Shown: in pieces, positions 13,368 through 26,800 of the stretch
How positions within the stretch are numbered: position 1 is the first letter of the stretch
How the letters are laid out: the number at the start of each line of letters is the position of its first letter
Source: Eledone cirrhosa
Lineage: Eukaryota
Direction: 5' to 3'
DNA length: 64,000 nt
Assembly (NCBI GenBank): GCA_964016885.1
Contig: OZ024743.1
Coordinates: 309,504,001-309,568,000, forward strand
Position numbers and translations under genes: made by a program
The notes under the pieces: generated by a model
The model's database searches: none
What the model was told of the DNA's origin: nothing
What the model saw: only the letters and a program-made list of their open reading frames with translations

Positions 13368-14670
13368 TAAAATAACAGATTAAAGTTTAAGCAAAGAATC
13401 GCTGCTTTCACCCTTAACGGGATCTCCTGAAACTAACAAAGTCAATCTGTGAACGCAGAAGTGAATATTTCAAAATACGTTGCAACCGGAGGAAGACAGG
13501 AAGACGATACTTTGGTTCGTGGAAACGTTCCCTATACAAATAAGTAATGGTATAAACATAACATATACCTAGCTACCACATCAAGACGTAAAAAATCCGC
13601 GTTTAGTTCGTACTATCCGTTAGGGTATAATGTGGGGCTGTAATACAGGAAAGTTTTGTGCAATTTATGTTTACAAGCCGAAATTGCCTCAGATTTTTTG
13701 TTTAAGATGTGGTCTTTGGCGTAGAGTATTTCCAGGGCCTCAGCGGTGCAGAGGTCACAATGGTCTTTTATTTCCGTTATACGATCTAGCCCCAGCTAAG
13801 ATCTCCCAGTGTAACTTACATTGGGTGTGGTTGTCTTTTAGACTCCAGATATAAGCTGAAAGTGACGTCATATTCCTTCTTAAAGGGTAACGAAAGGAAT
13901 GGGTATCAATGTAAAGACGCTGCTTGAATCTATTGGTGGTTAACCCTATGTAGGTCCTACGGGACGTTGGTGTTTCAACCTTAGATTTGTAGACAATGTT
14001 ACTAGAGAGGCATTTCCCGGATAGGGGCAGTCAACCCGATTCTTACAATTACAGTTAGTACTAACTACAGGGTTGCACGTGTTCCTACGGCTAGGTAGTT
14101 TAGCTAAATTTGAAGCTGTGATGTTATGTGCAAGGTTAGGAGTCGTAGAGTAAGAAGTTTTAATAGTATTTCTATTAAAAATGTTAGTATATTTATGTGT
14201 AGGGGGAAAATGGTTCATAATAAGGGAGAGAAAGATCCTAGCTAATGGTGTGGCCACCTCCATATTATATGGTGGGTTATACCATATAATGCGTCGGGAT
14301 CTATTTCTTCTAGGTCTATTCTCCTACTCTGTATATGCTACCTTATCGACAAATCCACTCCGAGCACGAGCTTCATTGTAATATGTGGAATGATTGTTGA
14401 ATATATGCTCGTTTGTAGATAGACGGGAAAGCCTCAAAGAAACATTTCTTACCAGGTTCTTGGTTATGCTGGCAGGATGGTTAGAATGCTTACTTATGTA
14501 ATTAAGCGTATCATTCGGCTTTCTATACGGGTGGAAGCAACGTTTGCTTAAACTTTAATCTGTTATTTTAATAAATATTTGCTCTACGGTTCTTATATAT
14601 TTGATATATATTTATCCTTATCGAGCCCTCTTTGGATTTTGGTCTTCACATTTATTATTATTACTATATA
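13366..14670 (-). mobile_element. Decayed PLE (copy C): thumb + GIY-YIG (13620-14540), 250-bp pseudo-LTR (13366-13615), inverted pseudo-LTR tail (14540-14670)
   Basis: HSNHPASITKN, WYNPPYN, SYSTTPN, CNCKNRVDCP with frameshifts. The stop is followed by the repeat carrying the CAGAAGA hammerhead-like motif. Confidence 0.85.
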
Positions 14671-15415
14671 TATATATATATATAAAATATATCGGCCCTA
14701 TGCTACACTTCTTGAGCAGGTTTGTAAAGACATAGAAACAATTAATTTGCAGAAACCATGCTGGATGGGCGCTCACTCACACAAGGGATACAAACATACA
14801 AACACACAGTCAATGTGTGTAGCCAAATCGCTACGTATACACTCACGCACACGTGTGATGAATCTTAGAACGCTGGACTTCTATAGTTTCTCATTCCGTC
14901 CTCCTTCCTCAGCGATCACATAGATGTATGTGTATGTAATAATTATTTTTTCTAAGTGTGTCTGTTTATATATATATGTATGTGTAGATACGTGTTTGCA
15001 ATTCTATTGCCTAAGTATCTTTCTAAATAAACACACAAACACATATATACTCACACAAATATTATATATAAATATAATTTACACAAACACACATATACAC
15101 ACACACACAAACACACACTTAATCATAAAAGCTAATGTGTGTAGCCAATTTGCCATACATATAGACACACACAGGTGTAGCGATTATTGGACGCTGCCAC
15201 TCCTTCCTTCCTCAGTCGACGTCATCAACCGTTCCTTACTCAGTCAACGTTATCACTTCTTCCTTCCTCAGTCATCTCTTGCGACGGACAAATACACAAG
15301 CGTATTATATATATATTTATGTTTATCCCAGGTTCAATCGAGAGGAACCACAGAAATGTAAGTCGGCTTCCTGATGATTTCTCTCGAATGAAACATTTCT
15401 AGTCCTGTAGAAACC

Positions 15416-15565
<150 letters not shown>

Positions 15566-16010
15566 ATGTGTGTGTGTGTGTGTGTGTGTTTGAAATACAT
15601 TTAGTAATGCAGTAGTAATACTTTTAGTAACATAACATTCCTATATCCTGACTAATAATATTTATGCTATCTTAATCATACATTACTCAATCCTAACATC
15701 AAACATTTATATATTAACCTTTTCACCCCAATAACCTCTGTATTAATAATAATTTAATGCGTTATCTAATACCAGCAGAATATGTACATGTCTCAAGATT
15801 TAATTAGCACATTTCTGAATGGAACATCTATGTTATTCTATAGTCGTTCACCTGTCGCTTGGTCTTCGCTGGTATAATCATTCTCCTTATTCAGCAGCGT
15901 TCTCTTATTAACTTTACTTTCAATAAGGTCTGTCAGTCACCAGATTCCATTTTCTTAATGAAATATATTTTGTGCAAGTAAAACGTAAAATATCATATAC
16001 ACAAACATAC

Positions 16011-16111
<101 letters not shown>

Positions 16112-16128
16112 TTATATATATATATATT

Positions 16129-16159
<31 letters not shown>

Positions 16160-16411
16160 ATATTTATATATATGAAAGAGATAGAGAGGTATAATCCCGA
16201 CCACGGTGACAAGCGGTTTCAGCTTGTGTCTTTTTCTCCCACTCTCTCTCCTCTCTCTCTGTATATATATATATTTAATTGATCACAAGAATATCTATTT
16301 TGTTAATATTTGAATTTAATATTAATAACTCTGGAAAATAATTACTTTAGAGTGCTTCCAATCTACTGTAAAACTCATTCTTAGATGTACTCATTGAATC
16401 TTGTTTAACTC

Positions 16412-16457
<46 letters not shown>

Positions 16458-16459
<2 letters not shown>

Positions 16460-16890
16460 CGTTAGAAAGTTAAACGAACAAAAACAAGAGGTGGGCATTT
16501 TTCCTTCATCAGTTGTCTACTATGGTCACGGATGTTTCAGCGCATTATAGACAATACATATATCCGTAGCGCGCCCATAACTTATTATCAACAAGTTCTG
16601 GGGGTAAGAAAAGACGAAAAGGAGGTGGTAGTGAAGAGAGAGCAGAAAAAAAGATAGAAAAAAAGAGAAAAAAAAGAAATGTTCTCTCTTTTTCTTTCTT
16701 TTCTCTCTCTTCCTTATCACCTCTTTTTCGTCTTTTCTTTCCATCATAAATTGTTGATAATAAGATATGGGCGCGCTACTGATAGATGTATTGTCTATAA
16801 TGTGCTGAAACATTCGTGACCCGTAGTAGACAACTGATGAAGGGAAAATGCCTACCTCTTGTTTGTGTTCCCTTAACTTTCTAACACTCG
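16458..16890. repeat. Fold-back element, ~140-bp inverted arms
   Basis: 16460-16593 is the reverse complement of ~16752-16887, with an internal purine/pyrimidine inverted spacer. Confidence 0.75.
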
Positions 16891-16944
16891 TTATCAGTAA
16901 CCACGCAGCCCCGTCCCTCTCAATCCATATATATATATATACAA

Positions 16945-17404
16945 AGAGGGTGTGGTAAGATACCAAGTGGACCATAATGCACCAGAGTACTCAATACTTA
17001 GGGTAGTAGAGTGGGTAATAGGAAAATAGTTAGGACCGCGACGGCTGAGCTCCGGCCGTTTCGAATTAGATCCGAATTAAGCCATCAGTATCAGTCTGCT
17101 TTCTTACCTTTTCCCCCTGTATTTCGACCCGTTTATCCCCCTCCCCGCCGCTATGAAGGTATTTAACTATGAACACGACATCCCAGATCACCGACCACTC
17201 CCCGTGACACACAAGAAAAACAACAGACGTTTAGGTTTTTTGCTTAGATTTTTCTACTTTCTTTGCTTTGCTTGCATGCCCATATATGGACTGTACGCCC
17301 TTGATAAGTTCAGCTAGATTCCCGCCGTTCTAATACTGGTGGCTTAGTTCGATCGGTTCTAGCTGTCGAAACGGCCGGAATTCGGCCGTCGGAGTCCTGA
17401 TACT

Positions 17405-17410
<6 letters not shown>
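16945..17410. mobile_element. Inverted pseudo-LTR pair related to PLE family D/G, with hammerhead at 17295-17395 (+)
   Basis: CCC TTGATAA GTT CAGCTAGA...TCTAGCTG TC GAAACGGCCG-GAATT-CGGCCGTC GGAGT. Inverted tail at 16945-17090 matches 28770-28835 and 6523-6566. Confidence 0.75.
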
Positions 17411-17492
<82 letters not shown>

Positions 17493-18039
17493 ATATATAT
17501 GAATACATATATATGTGTGCGTATGTCTGTCTGTCTGTCTATCTGTGTGTATGTGTGTGTGTGAATTTATAGAAACTGTAGGATGCTCATGCGCAGGAGA
17601 TGACTTATTTTCTATAAAATAACAACTGACTGTAATTGCACTCATTTTCTACGCTAGAGCTCCCGACATCTATAAATTCCCTTCCTCAGCACTTCGTAAG
17701 TCCGAATGTTCAGCATTCTCTTAGACGATATTAGTGGCATGGAGATGGAAGAATTGTAAGCATGGCCGACTGGTCTTCCACAAACAACCTTGTCCAGACT
17801 TATGCCTCAGATGGCAAAACCCATGCTCATTCGTGATCGAAAGGTGTCTTTATACTTTACCAGCTGCGAAGGAGAAGAGATCGAATATTGGAACGTGTCC
17901 TTGTGGAGAGGTTTAAGAAAAAGATTAATTCGTGTTTAATACTGTCATTAAAATATCGACAACACTTGACAATATTAAATAAAAGACTGAATAAGGAGAT
18001 GTTACCGGTTATTAAAGAAACCGGAGGTGAGTATTTACA

Positions 18040-19420
18040 ATGGGTAAATACCTCTACATTTTGACAAATTAGTGTTTGTATATATGGTTTAGCACCGAGT
18101 GTAAATCATTATATTGTTGTTGCTAGGGATATAAACAGAGATAAAACAATAGAAAACGTGTCATCGTGGATTTCTAGAATGGGGAAAATGATTGATGATC
18201 TATGCAAACAAAAACAAACATACAATTATTACAAACAGAAATTGAAAAATATAATACAAATGATGTTTGGAAACAATAAACACGAACAGTTGAATACGAA
18301 TTGATTATCCCGAAACAAGAATTAAGAGCTGTCAATGAGAAACTCTGGTATCAGAAAAGAGTAGCTGAAAGAATAATATTTAAAAACAAAAAAAAAAGAA
18401 ACAAAAAAAATTCCCCAAAGAAACTCACTTGGCGAGGAACTACGAACCTATTGCGTGTTAGAATTTAATGTATAAAATACATAGAGCCTGTCTGAACATA
18501 TTGCTCTAGGATCTCTGTGACTAATAATATAATTACAGATGAGCAGGCAGCTGGGAAGAAAGGAGCTTGTGACAGATTCCTAATTAACAAAATCACGATA
18601 TCAGAGGTGCGGCGACATAGGAGGACCTTGGTTAAAGTATGGTTGCATTACAGGAAAGCGTTTGATTCGGCTTCCCACTTTTGGATGCTAGTGCATTGTC
18701 TTGTTAAAGGTTCAGATACCATTATCAGAGCCACAGAGAACCTATTTTTTCCGGTTCAACTATCCTTAAGTTAAATACAGAGAAGAGGGATTATAGTTCA
18801 GCTGGGAACAAAGGAGTCTGGGGATATAGTGAGCAACTTCTATTTAAAAACTGTCATGTCAGGGGTACGGTAGCATAAGAAGAACTTGATTACAGTATGG
18901 CTGGATCACAAGAAAACATTCAGTTCTATTTCTTACTCTTGGATGTTTGAGGCCCTTCAATTTGTTAAATCTTATATACAATAATGAGAGACATAGATAG
19001 ACTATATTTGTCTTGAGCCACTCTCCTTGTTAAACACAGACTATGACTGTTTTGATAAAATCATAAGGGTATATTCAAAAGACAGTCTCTTTATGTTGAG
19101 AAAATATGCAAGAAACTTAATTGGTTCACATGGAGCCAGAAACAACATCTTAACGAGTAGCCAGGAAATATGACACTCGAATCGAATAAGAAAAATATTG
19201 TTCTCAAAACTCACTGCGAACAATAAATCAGTGTTCTACAATGCGGCTGTTGTATCTGCACTCATACTAACATCTGTATTAATACCAACATCTTGACTGT
19301 CACCAGGTGAGATCCGAGCCATTGATGTTAAGAATGAAACATTCTAACCGGCACCGAAATTTTTCATATTATCTGTGACAAAAGACGTCCCTACCTAGAA
19401 CGAAAAAAGGGAGACAATAA
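18040..19420 (+). pseudogene. Highly decayed R4/Dong-like non-LTR RT fragments (two diverged passes over RT motifs 2-3)
   Basis: NY.PIAC.NLMYK, NNIITDEQAAGKKG, LINK.I..EVRRHRR.L..VWL.YRKAFDS..H.W. Second copy at 18790-18970 reads VWLDHKKTFSS.SYSW. Confidence 0.65.
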
Positions 19421-19687
19421 GTATTCTGTCTAGGCAATAATTAGTCTTATCCAATCTTTGTTTTATATTAAGGTTTAATCATATGGATCTAACAATTTGA
19501 AATCGTTATAAATAACATGGTGGAAGTCCCTCATGATTTTACTCTGGATTATACCTACATAACCCCTTTTAGTCCAGAAAAACAGATAATTCGGCCGGAA
19601 CCAAAGGTGTCAAAAATACATGTTAAACTTAGAGTCTTATTTTATCCGTTTTACAGTATTGATCCAACATAACTCTTTCAATTTCAG

Positions 19688-19877
19688 GGTACAGCATCAC
19701 ATATACGGATCACTAAACCCAACAAGCTTTCATAGATTTAATATTGGACTACACGTTGTAAATTCTTTAATGTGCCTTGGAGTAACAGCTACGATTTGGG
19801 GCAAGACCGACAAACAGAAGGAAGGAATTTTACTAGCGTCTTCTCTTTTTGCTGTACACCCAATTCATACAGAAACA
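19688..19877 (+). CDS. TMTC4: Internal exon of a TMTC-family protein O-mannosyltransferase (TMTC4-like)
   Basis: tttcaatttcag|G...GAAACA|gtaagt; 190 bp. (R)VQHHIYGSLNPTSFHRFNIGLH...LLASSLFAVHPIHTET matches the TMTC FH..N..LH / FAVHP(I/V)HTE motifs. The family call is firm; the paralog is assigned from remembered spacing only. Confidence 0.85.
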
Positions 19878-19958
19878 GTAAGTATATTTATCAATTAAAG
19901 AGAAATTTTATTACTCTTGTCTTTACACACACATGTACGCACGCACGCACACACACAC

Positions 19959-20058
<100 letters not shown>

Positions 20059-20191
20059 TGGAACATACCCGAGTTCTTTCACACACATATATATACGGTA
20101 TATATATACATATATACATACGCCTAAACATGCAAAGCGAAAATTTATATACATACTTAGGCAATCACGGTAACTTCTATGCTGTATGTAT

Positions 20192-20226
<35 letters not shown>

Positions 20227-20739
20227 CTCCATAGTTCCGCAGTTTAGCGAAAACCTTGAGCGCTAATATTAATCAAAATGGCACGCCTATTCCTGGGAGT
20301 CTGCTATAAGTGATGGGGTATAGAAGCGCCCCACCTCAGTTATATAACTCCTTAAGGTTGTTCAACTAAAATATATTTATTCTGATGAGAAAAAAAAAAA
20401 CATATAAATGTTTGAAAATCGATTCAAGATAGTTATTATTTCTTCAATTCATAGGTAAATGAATAATTCGAGTATAGATGGTTAAAAATCTACTTCTGTG
20501 TAACACACTGTCTCGGTTCCCACTATTCTTTATATCGAATCTGAATCCGAATAAATAAGATTCCAGCCTTCGTTCCAGACCTGTCAACTCTCCCCGTCCT
20601 ACGGGAGATCTCCCCATATTGCCCCATTTCTACCCATTTTAGGGCACGTTTTTATGGTACTCCCCGTATGGGCTTTTAGAGGTTGGCAGGTCTGTCTTTC
20701 TCTTACCGAGTTGGATGGAACTCGTCAGATCGGACAGAG

Positions 20740-20916
20740 GAAACATGTTTCCATTGGTCTTTCCAATTGCTAATACTATTTGCATGTCACGGCTTTTTGC
20801 GGAAGAAGCAACGTAAAATGAAGTGCCTTGTTGAAGGACATAACGCATCACCTGGTCCGGGAATCAAACTCACAACCTCATGATTATGAATCCAGCTTAG
20901 TAACTACTAAGCCACG
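20740..20916 (-). mobile_element. tRNA-derived SINE
   Basis: A box GTGGCTTAGTAGTT, B box GAGTTTGATTCC, central TGTCCTT..CAAGGCACTT. Relatives at 27860-27975, 40578-40760, 44900-45060, 54835-55000. Confidence 0.7.
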
Positions 20917-21114
20917 TTTTTTCGCAATCTGTATATGCATGCATGGTCCCGTAACTCCAGAGGGAGTCGTAGAGGCGCCATATTGACATAAGGTATTTAT
21001 TGGGCACTTTTTAAAACCTGGCACATGAATAGAGCAGATTTCCTCCAGACAAGGATAGATAGAGAAAGAGAAGAAGCGAGAAAGAGATATAGAGGAAGAA
21101 TCGACCCTAGTATA

Positions 21115-21258
21115 GGACTGGTACTATTTTTATCGATCTCGAAAGGATGAAAGGCAATGTTGACATCGGTGGGATTTGAAATCAGAGAGCAGTTAATCGA
21201 AACGAATACCATAAAGAATTGTAGCCAACGTTCTAACGACTCTGTCAATTCGCTGCCT
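21115..21258 (+). mobile_element. SINE 3' fragment
   Basis: ctggtactatttttatcga..cgaaaggatgaaaggcaa repeat, also at 41165-41372 (+) and 58081-58170 (-). Confidence 0.6.
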
Positions 21259-21714
21259 ATGTTCTGTATATACACAGACAAAAATTTACTATACATATAT
21301 ATATTAAACCCAACAAACGTGTAGAACGCGTTGTTCTTCTTCACGTCGTTTACATTTTCACTCCTTATTGTTTATTTTGGGTTTGCAATCCTCTGTATCA
21401 CTCATCAATGTTTGATATAGCTGGTTGTCATGACATCGATTTATCGATTAGTCCAGTAGTGAATGTATACAAACCCATTGTTATATCTTATCCCACTGTT
21501 TATTGATATCATAAACTATATTTATAATAATCTACATGATCATGAAATGCCTATGGTGTAAGGAGGGATTTTAAAACTCGTGTTAATGCTACCTCTCATT
21601 CACTGACAATAGCGGTTCATTTCCACCACCATTTCTTTCCCTTTGCCTTCTATTTTTCTTTTCTGTTTTTCTCTTCTTTTTTCTTACTTAAATTTTTATT
21701 CGTTTTCCTCCTTC

Positions 21715-21800
<86 letters not shown>

Positions 21801-22042
21801 ATATCTATCTATCCTATCTATCTATCTATCTCTGGGATGGACACACGCGTATAACTTGCTGAGTAAGTTCTGTTTAAATTTCTATAGAAATTCTTGTCTG
21901 ATAACTTTAATTTTTGTACCATTTTGTAGAGGGACTGCCAGGTCAAACTTTGATCTGGTCAGTCTCTCAAAATATTCTACGCCTTTAGGCGAAATAGTTA
22001 AAAAAAAAGTTTTTTCTTGTTGAAAAGTCAATATTTTTTTAA

Positions 22043-23830
22043 ATGGCCGAAGCTTCTTCACCAAAATTCGAAGGAGGAAAGGGGAAGATGAACTTACAGC
22101 TTCCCCCTGCCACTGTCACAGTAGCAGAGGTCAAGAAGATAGGTCAGCCAGAGGAAGAATTCTCTCCACCTGTTAACCGACAACTTGACGTTGCCATGGC
22201 AACAACCCAAAGAACCAGCAGCAACAGCAACAACAACAACAATGCGACGGACGAAAACAACACCAATAACAATAACAATAACAACAACAAGACCAATAAC
22301 GGTGACAACAACAACAATGATAACAACAACACCACCAACGACAACAACAACACAAACAAACAAAATTTCTCCTTCGCCGAGACGACAAGGAAAACCCTCG
22401 ACTATCTGCCAGTAGATATAACAAAAGCGAAGGAGCTACTGGCGGATGCGAAAAAATATATAGTGTACGGGGAAAATGGTTCATTCACAATCCATTCCCC
22501 CCCGGAACTAAAAAGCCAGAGACTCCTAAACACGGTCATGTTTAGGACAATCTCGAACAAAAGTAAAAAACCAGCTCAACCATCACAGAGCGAGATAGAG
22601 CTGGTTTTAAAAGACGTTATGAAGGACATCACCTTCATTCAGAAGGATAGACTCTACCGGAGTCTATCCATTCTCATGAAGGACAGGGACACAGCAGTGA
22701 AACTGTCCATCAAACCAATCACATCCACCGCATACACCTTCTACCCTACGTACATGGGTAGAAGAACACAAAAAATAAAAATCCACACCATCCTGCCGAT
22801 TATGGACATATGGTGGGTTTTGACAGGTTTTCTGGACCTGGAGGATGACATGCTGGTGTCCATGGGAAAGGCATCGGGTGACGCGTTCAGTGGAACGAGC
22901 CTCGAACTTGTAGTTCAAATGAGGCCCGAAAGGATCGCCCAGATCCCTGAACGCGTCATACTGGATGATCTAACCTTCATCAACATTACCGTTGAGGGTA
23001 GACGGCCCTCGTGTTACCTCTGCGGAACCAGAGGTCACCTGAGGGCTGTCTGTCCCCAACTTAATAAGAAAACCCCAATCCTGCCTACACCACCAACAAC
23101 TGCACAACCAACACAATCACCACAACTACCACTACAAAAACAACCACCACAGCTCAAACCAAAACAAAACAATGTCCAACCCATCCCCTCCACTCAAAAA
23201 ACAAAAACAATTTCCAAAACACCCGTACCGCAAACACAACCCGAAAATATACCCCTCCCCTCCAACGCGGAAGATGACCCTAGTTCGTCGTCAGACGAGG
23301 AGGAGCACTTCCACACAATCAAAAGAAAAAAAAGAAAACACACCTCAGACACACAAATGAAAAAAAACCCTCCCCAAAACATAACACTGACACCAACACA
23401 AAAGAGCTCACAACAGCAAACAAAAAACACCACACAAAAACAAAAACATGCATACACATACATAAATACAAGAAACAAAAAACTGTTAAACATTGTGTAC
23501 AACAACAATCTAATAAAAACACAAGGGCCTAACTTCACCCAGGCAGGGGATTTCCCCCACCTCAAAATGATTAAGGCCCCACAGGACACCTATAAAACTG
23601 TAAAAAACAATTTTAAAGAGGACGTGGGTCCCCCCTGCGTCGGGCCCATTAACCGCGTCCTCCTAAAAAACTATCCCACCCCCTCCCCAAACACCCTCAC
23701 AACTCCAAGCTCCCCAACCACACAACACACTGATGCCCCCACACTTCCACAAACCACCACCCCACCCAACAACCCATCCCCCACCCTAATGGAAATTGTG
23801 CAGCCCGATACCCGGGACGCAGAGAGGTAA
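22043..23830 (+). CDS. Tx1 ORF1, gag-like protein with CCHC zinc knuckle
   Basis: 595 aa, intact. CYLCGTRGHLRAVC; poly-Asn and Pro/Thr/Gln-rich tracts. Confidence 0.9.
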   Translation: MAEASSPKFEGGKGKMNLQLPPATVTVAEVKKIGQPEEEFSPPVNRQLDVAMATTQRTSSNSNNNNNATDENNTNNNNNNNNKTNNGDNNNNDNNNTTNDNNNTNKQNFSFAETTRKTLDYLPVDITKAKELLADAKKYIVYGENGSFTIHSPPELKSQRLLNTVMFRTISNKSKKPAQPSQSEIELVLKDVMKDITFIQKDRLYRSLSILMKDRDTAVKLSIKPITSTAYTFYPTYMGRRTQKIKIHTILPIMDIWWVLTGFLDLEDDMLVSMGKASGDAFSGTSLELVVQMRPERIAQIPERVILDDLTFINITVEGRRPSCYLCGTRGHLRAVCPQLNKKTPILPTPPTTAQPTQSPQLPLQKQPPQLKPKQNNVQPIPSTQKTKTISKTPVPQTQPENIPLPSNAEDDPSSSSDEEEHFHTIKRKKRKHTSDTQMKKNPPQNITLTPTQKSSQQQTKNTTQKQKHAYTYINTRNKKLLNIVYNNNLIKTQGPNFTQAGDFPHLKMIKAPQDTYKTVKNNFKEDVGPPCVGPINRVLLKNYPTPSPNTLTTPSSPTTQHTDAPTLPQTTTPPNNPSPTLMEIVQPDTRDAER

Positions 23831-23854
23831 GTGCCTTTTCTCTTCACCACCAAC

Positions 23855-26800
23855 ATGGCTATTCTAAGAGTAGGCTGTTTAAATGCGCGTGGCCTGGGCT
23901 CAACTTGGAAGCAAGCAATGCTTCTAAATGACCTCAGGTCACAACGTATAGATGTGATGGTTATTTGCGAGGCCCGGATCAGCAACGTGCGACAGCTGGC
24001 CCCCACCTTTGATGACTTTGAGATGCACGCATCTCTCTGTCAGCCCGGAGGTGGGGCTGGAGTTGTCGTTCTGCTGCAAAAACATCTGGGTCTCGCAACA
24101 CAGATGGTACATTTGGACCCGGAGGGTCGACTAGTGGTTCTGGACCTTGGCAGTGGTAAAGGCGGAGCGTTTAGGTTGGTAGCCGCCTACGGCCCTTTCG
24201 GGTCAATGCGGCCGGACTTCTTCCATCGTCTGGAGACTTTTCTAGGGACGTCCCGCTCCTTGCTATTAGTGGGGGACTGGAATGGTATCCTAGATGCACG
24301 CTGGGACTACGTAGGGGCCTGCCCCGATAGAGAGGGGTGTAATAGCCTCAAAGGGATAATCGGTCGATTTGACCTGGCCGATAGATATCGACTAGATTTT
24401 CCGACTGCGCCAACCTGGACTTGGGCAAATCGTAGCGGATCATCTAGGTCGTACCTAGATAGGTTCTTAGTTAGAATTAAGGATAAGGACTTTTTAAGTT
24501 GTCCAAAAATGCGCATTGTTGGCTATTCAGACCACAAATTAGTTACCTGCATGGTCAACCTTGACAGAACTCATAGACAGGGCCCCGGTTACTGGAAGCT
24601 CAACTTGTCCTTGCCGGCAAGTAGAGCCTACAGGAATCGGATTAGTACGTTAGTTAAGGAACGGTTGACTGGAGCGATCGTCAACAGCAGGTGGTGGGTA
24701 TCTCTAAAGAGAGAGATTAGAGTAGTCTCGATAGAATTTAGTAAGGTTCTAGCTGCGGATAGGAATAGGAAGGAAAGGGATCTAATAGATAGAGTAGAAG
24801 AGGCAATTAGAAGCGGCGACGTGGCCAGAGTGCTAGCGTCGAGAACGGCTTTGAGCCAGTTTTTCGACGCGAAGCACGAAGGCTGCGTTGTCCGAAGTAA
24901 AATACGTGCTCTAGGGAACGAGGGGACCAAAGCTGTTAGCTGGGCCCGCGTGACAGAGGCCAACAGTGGAACTAAATCCACCATCCGGTCTTTGCGAGAC
25001 CTGGATGGACGGGCGATTCTTGAGCCTAAGCAGATGTGTGAGGCCTTTCAAAGGCACTTTGCCCGACTGTTCGGGAGGGGCGGGGAGCCGGTTGGGAACG
25101 TGGACTTCGGTCCATACCTCGACGGCCTGCCGCGCCTCTCGGACAGGGAGGCGAAGTCCTGCGAGGAGCCGATTTCGGCCGCTGAGATAGAGGACGTGCT
25201 GAGCCAATGCGGCAAACGCAAATCCCCGGGTCTCGATGGTCTTCCTTACAAATTATATCTAGCTATGCCGGACTTGTTCCCCGATCTCCTCGAGGCGGTC
25301 TACTGCAACTGGCAACAGAACGGGAGAATTCCCTGTACTGTGACCAAGGGCGTAGTCACGCTAGTGAGGAAGGACGAGAACAAGGGGGACGAAATAAGTA
25401 ACTTCAGGCCCATAACACTGCTAAATACAGAGTTACAGATTTTGGCCAAGGTGCTAGCAAAGAGGTTGGCGCTTGTCGTGGGCAACCTGGTGGGAGATGC
25501 GCAGACATGCGCTATCCCGTCCAGGTCCATCCATGACAACCTCCACCTCATGCGATACATCATAGAGAGGGTTGGGAACGAACCCGGCTTTGGTGGGGCT
25601 CTGATCAACTTGGATCAATCTAAGGCGTTCGATAGGGTCGACCATGGTTACCTGGATGCGGTGCTAGCGGCGGAAGGCTTCGGACCCGTTTTCAGGGGCT
25701 GGATCACTGCTATGCACAGCAGCCGCATCTGCTCTAGGGTCAAGGTGAACGGCTACCTCTCGGAGCCGTTCCAAATCGCGCGGTCCATCCGACAAGGGTG
25801 CCCTCTCTCCTCCCTTCTGTATGTGTTGACTCTCGAGCCATTACTGCGGAAGTTGGAGTTGTTGCAGGGCATCCCTTTGGAACCGGGATTGCGGAAAGCG
25901 GTGTCGGCCTACGCCGATGACGTGACAGTAATGGTGTCGACGGCCTCCGAAATCGAGGCGGTCGGCACCTTACTGGAGGAGTACGAAAAGTTCACAGGGG
26001 CTAAGCTGAACCGGGACAAGTCGATCGGTTTGCAACTCGGCACGTGGAGGGGCAGACCGATGCCCTCCGATAGCGTCGTTGGACGCTGGACGGAGGGCCC
26101 GGTGAAGTTGCTCGGGGTCTGGTTCGGACCGGACCTCCAGGTGGAGAAAAACTGGGCGGAGGTTACGAACAGGGTGTTTGCACTGACCCAGAAGTGAGCC
26201 AGTTGCAAACTATCCCTGAAAGGTCGGGCGGAGGTGGCGAACACCTACATAGCGTCCGTCATCTACTACCGCCTGACCGTAGTGCCCTGCCCAAGGGAAA
26301 CCCTCACCAAGATGGAGCGCGCGCTCTTCCAATTCCTTTGGAAGAGGCGGGCTCCTATGGTGAGGAGATCCATCTGCTGTCAACACCCTTCGAAAGGAGG
26401 GCTGGGGATGCCGTGGCTAATGATGCGTAAACACGCATTAAGGCTACGGCACCTCTACGTATTCCTCACCGGACAACCGGTGTGGGCCTCGTTTGTTAGA
26501 CGAACCTTTCCCAGACTCGTCTCACTCACCGAGCTGCAATCCTGGGTCAAGCAAAGACCGAGAAAACTGGGCGCCTGGCACACTGAGTGTGCCCAGGCGC
26601 TCACCGCCCTCTGGCAGGCGGATCCGGTTATCAGTGGAGACTCCACCGCAACATTCTATAGAGGGCTGGTGCGCAGCAGGTGCGACGACGCCCTCGGAGA
26701 AGCCCTAGACATGGAGGAGGACGAACTGGCCAGCCTGTTCGGTAGGACATTCAGCCCGGGACCTATGGACAACTTCCAGAAGTCCCTGGCCTGGCAGTGC

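Noticed and set aside
15365-15410. CTGATGA...GAAAC hammerhead-like motif
   Set aside because: Stems I and II cannot be paired convincingly.
16800-16850. GAAAC...CTGATGA as a permuted hammerhead
   Set aside because: No valid NUH triplet or stem II found.
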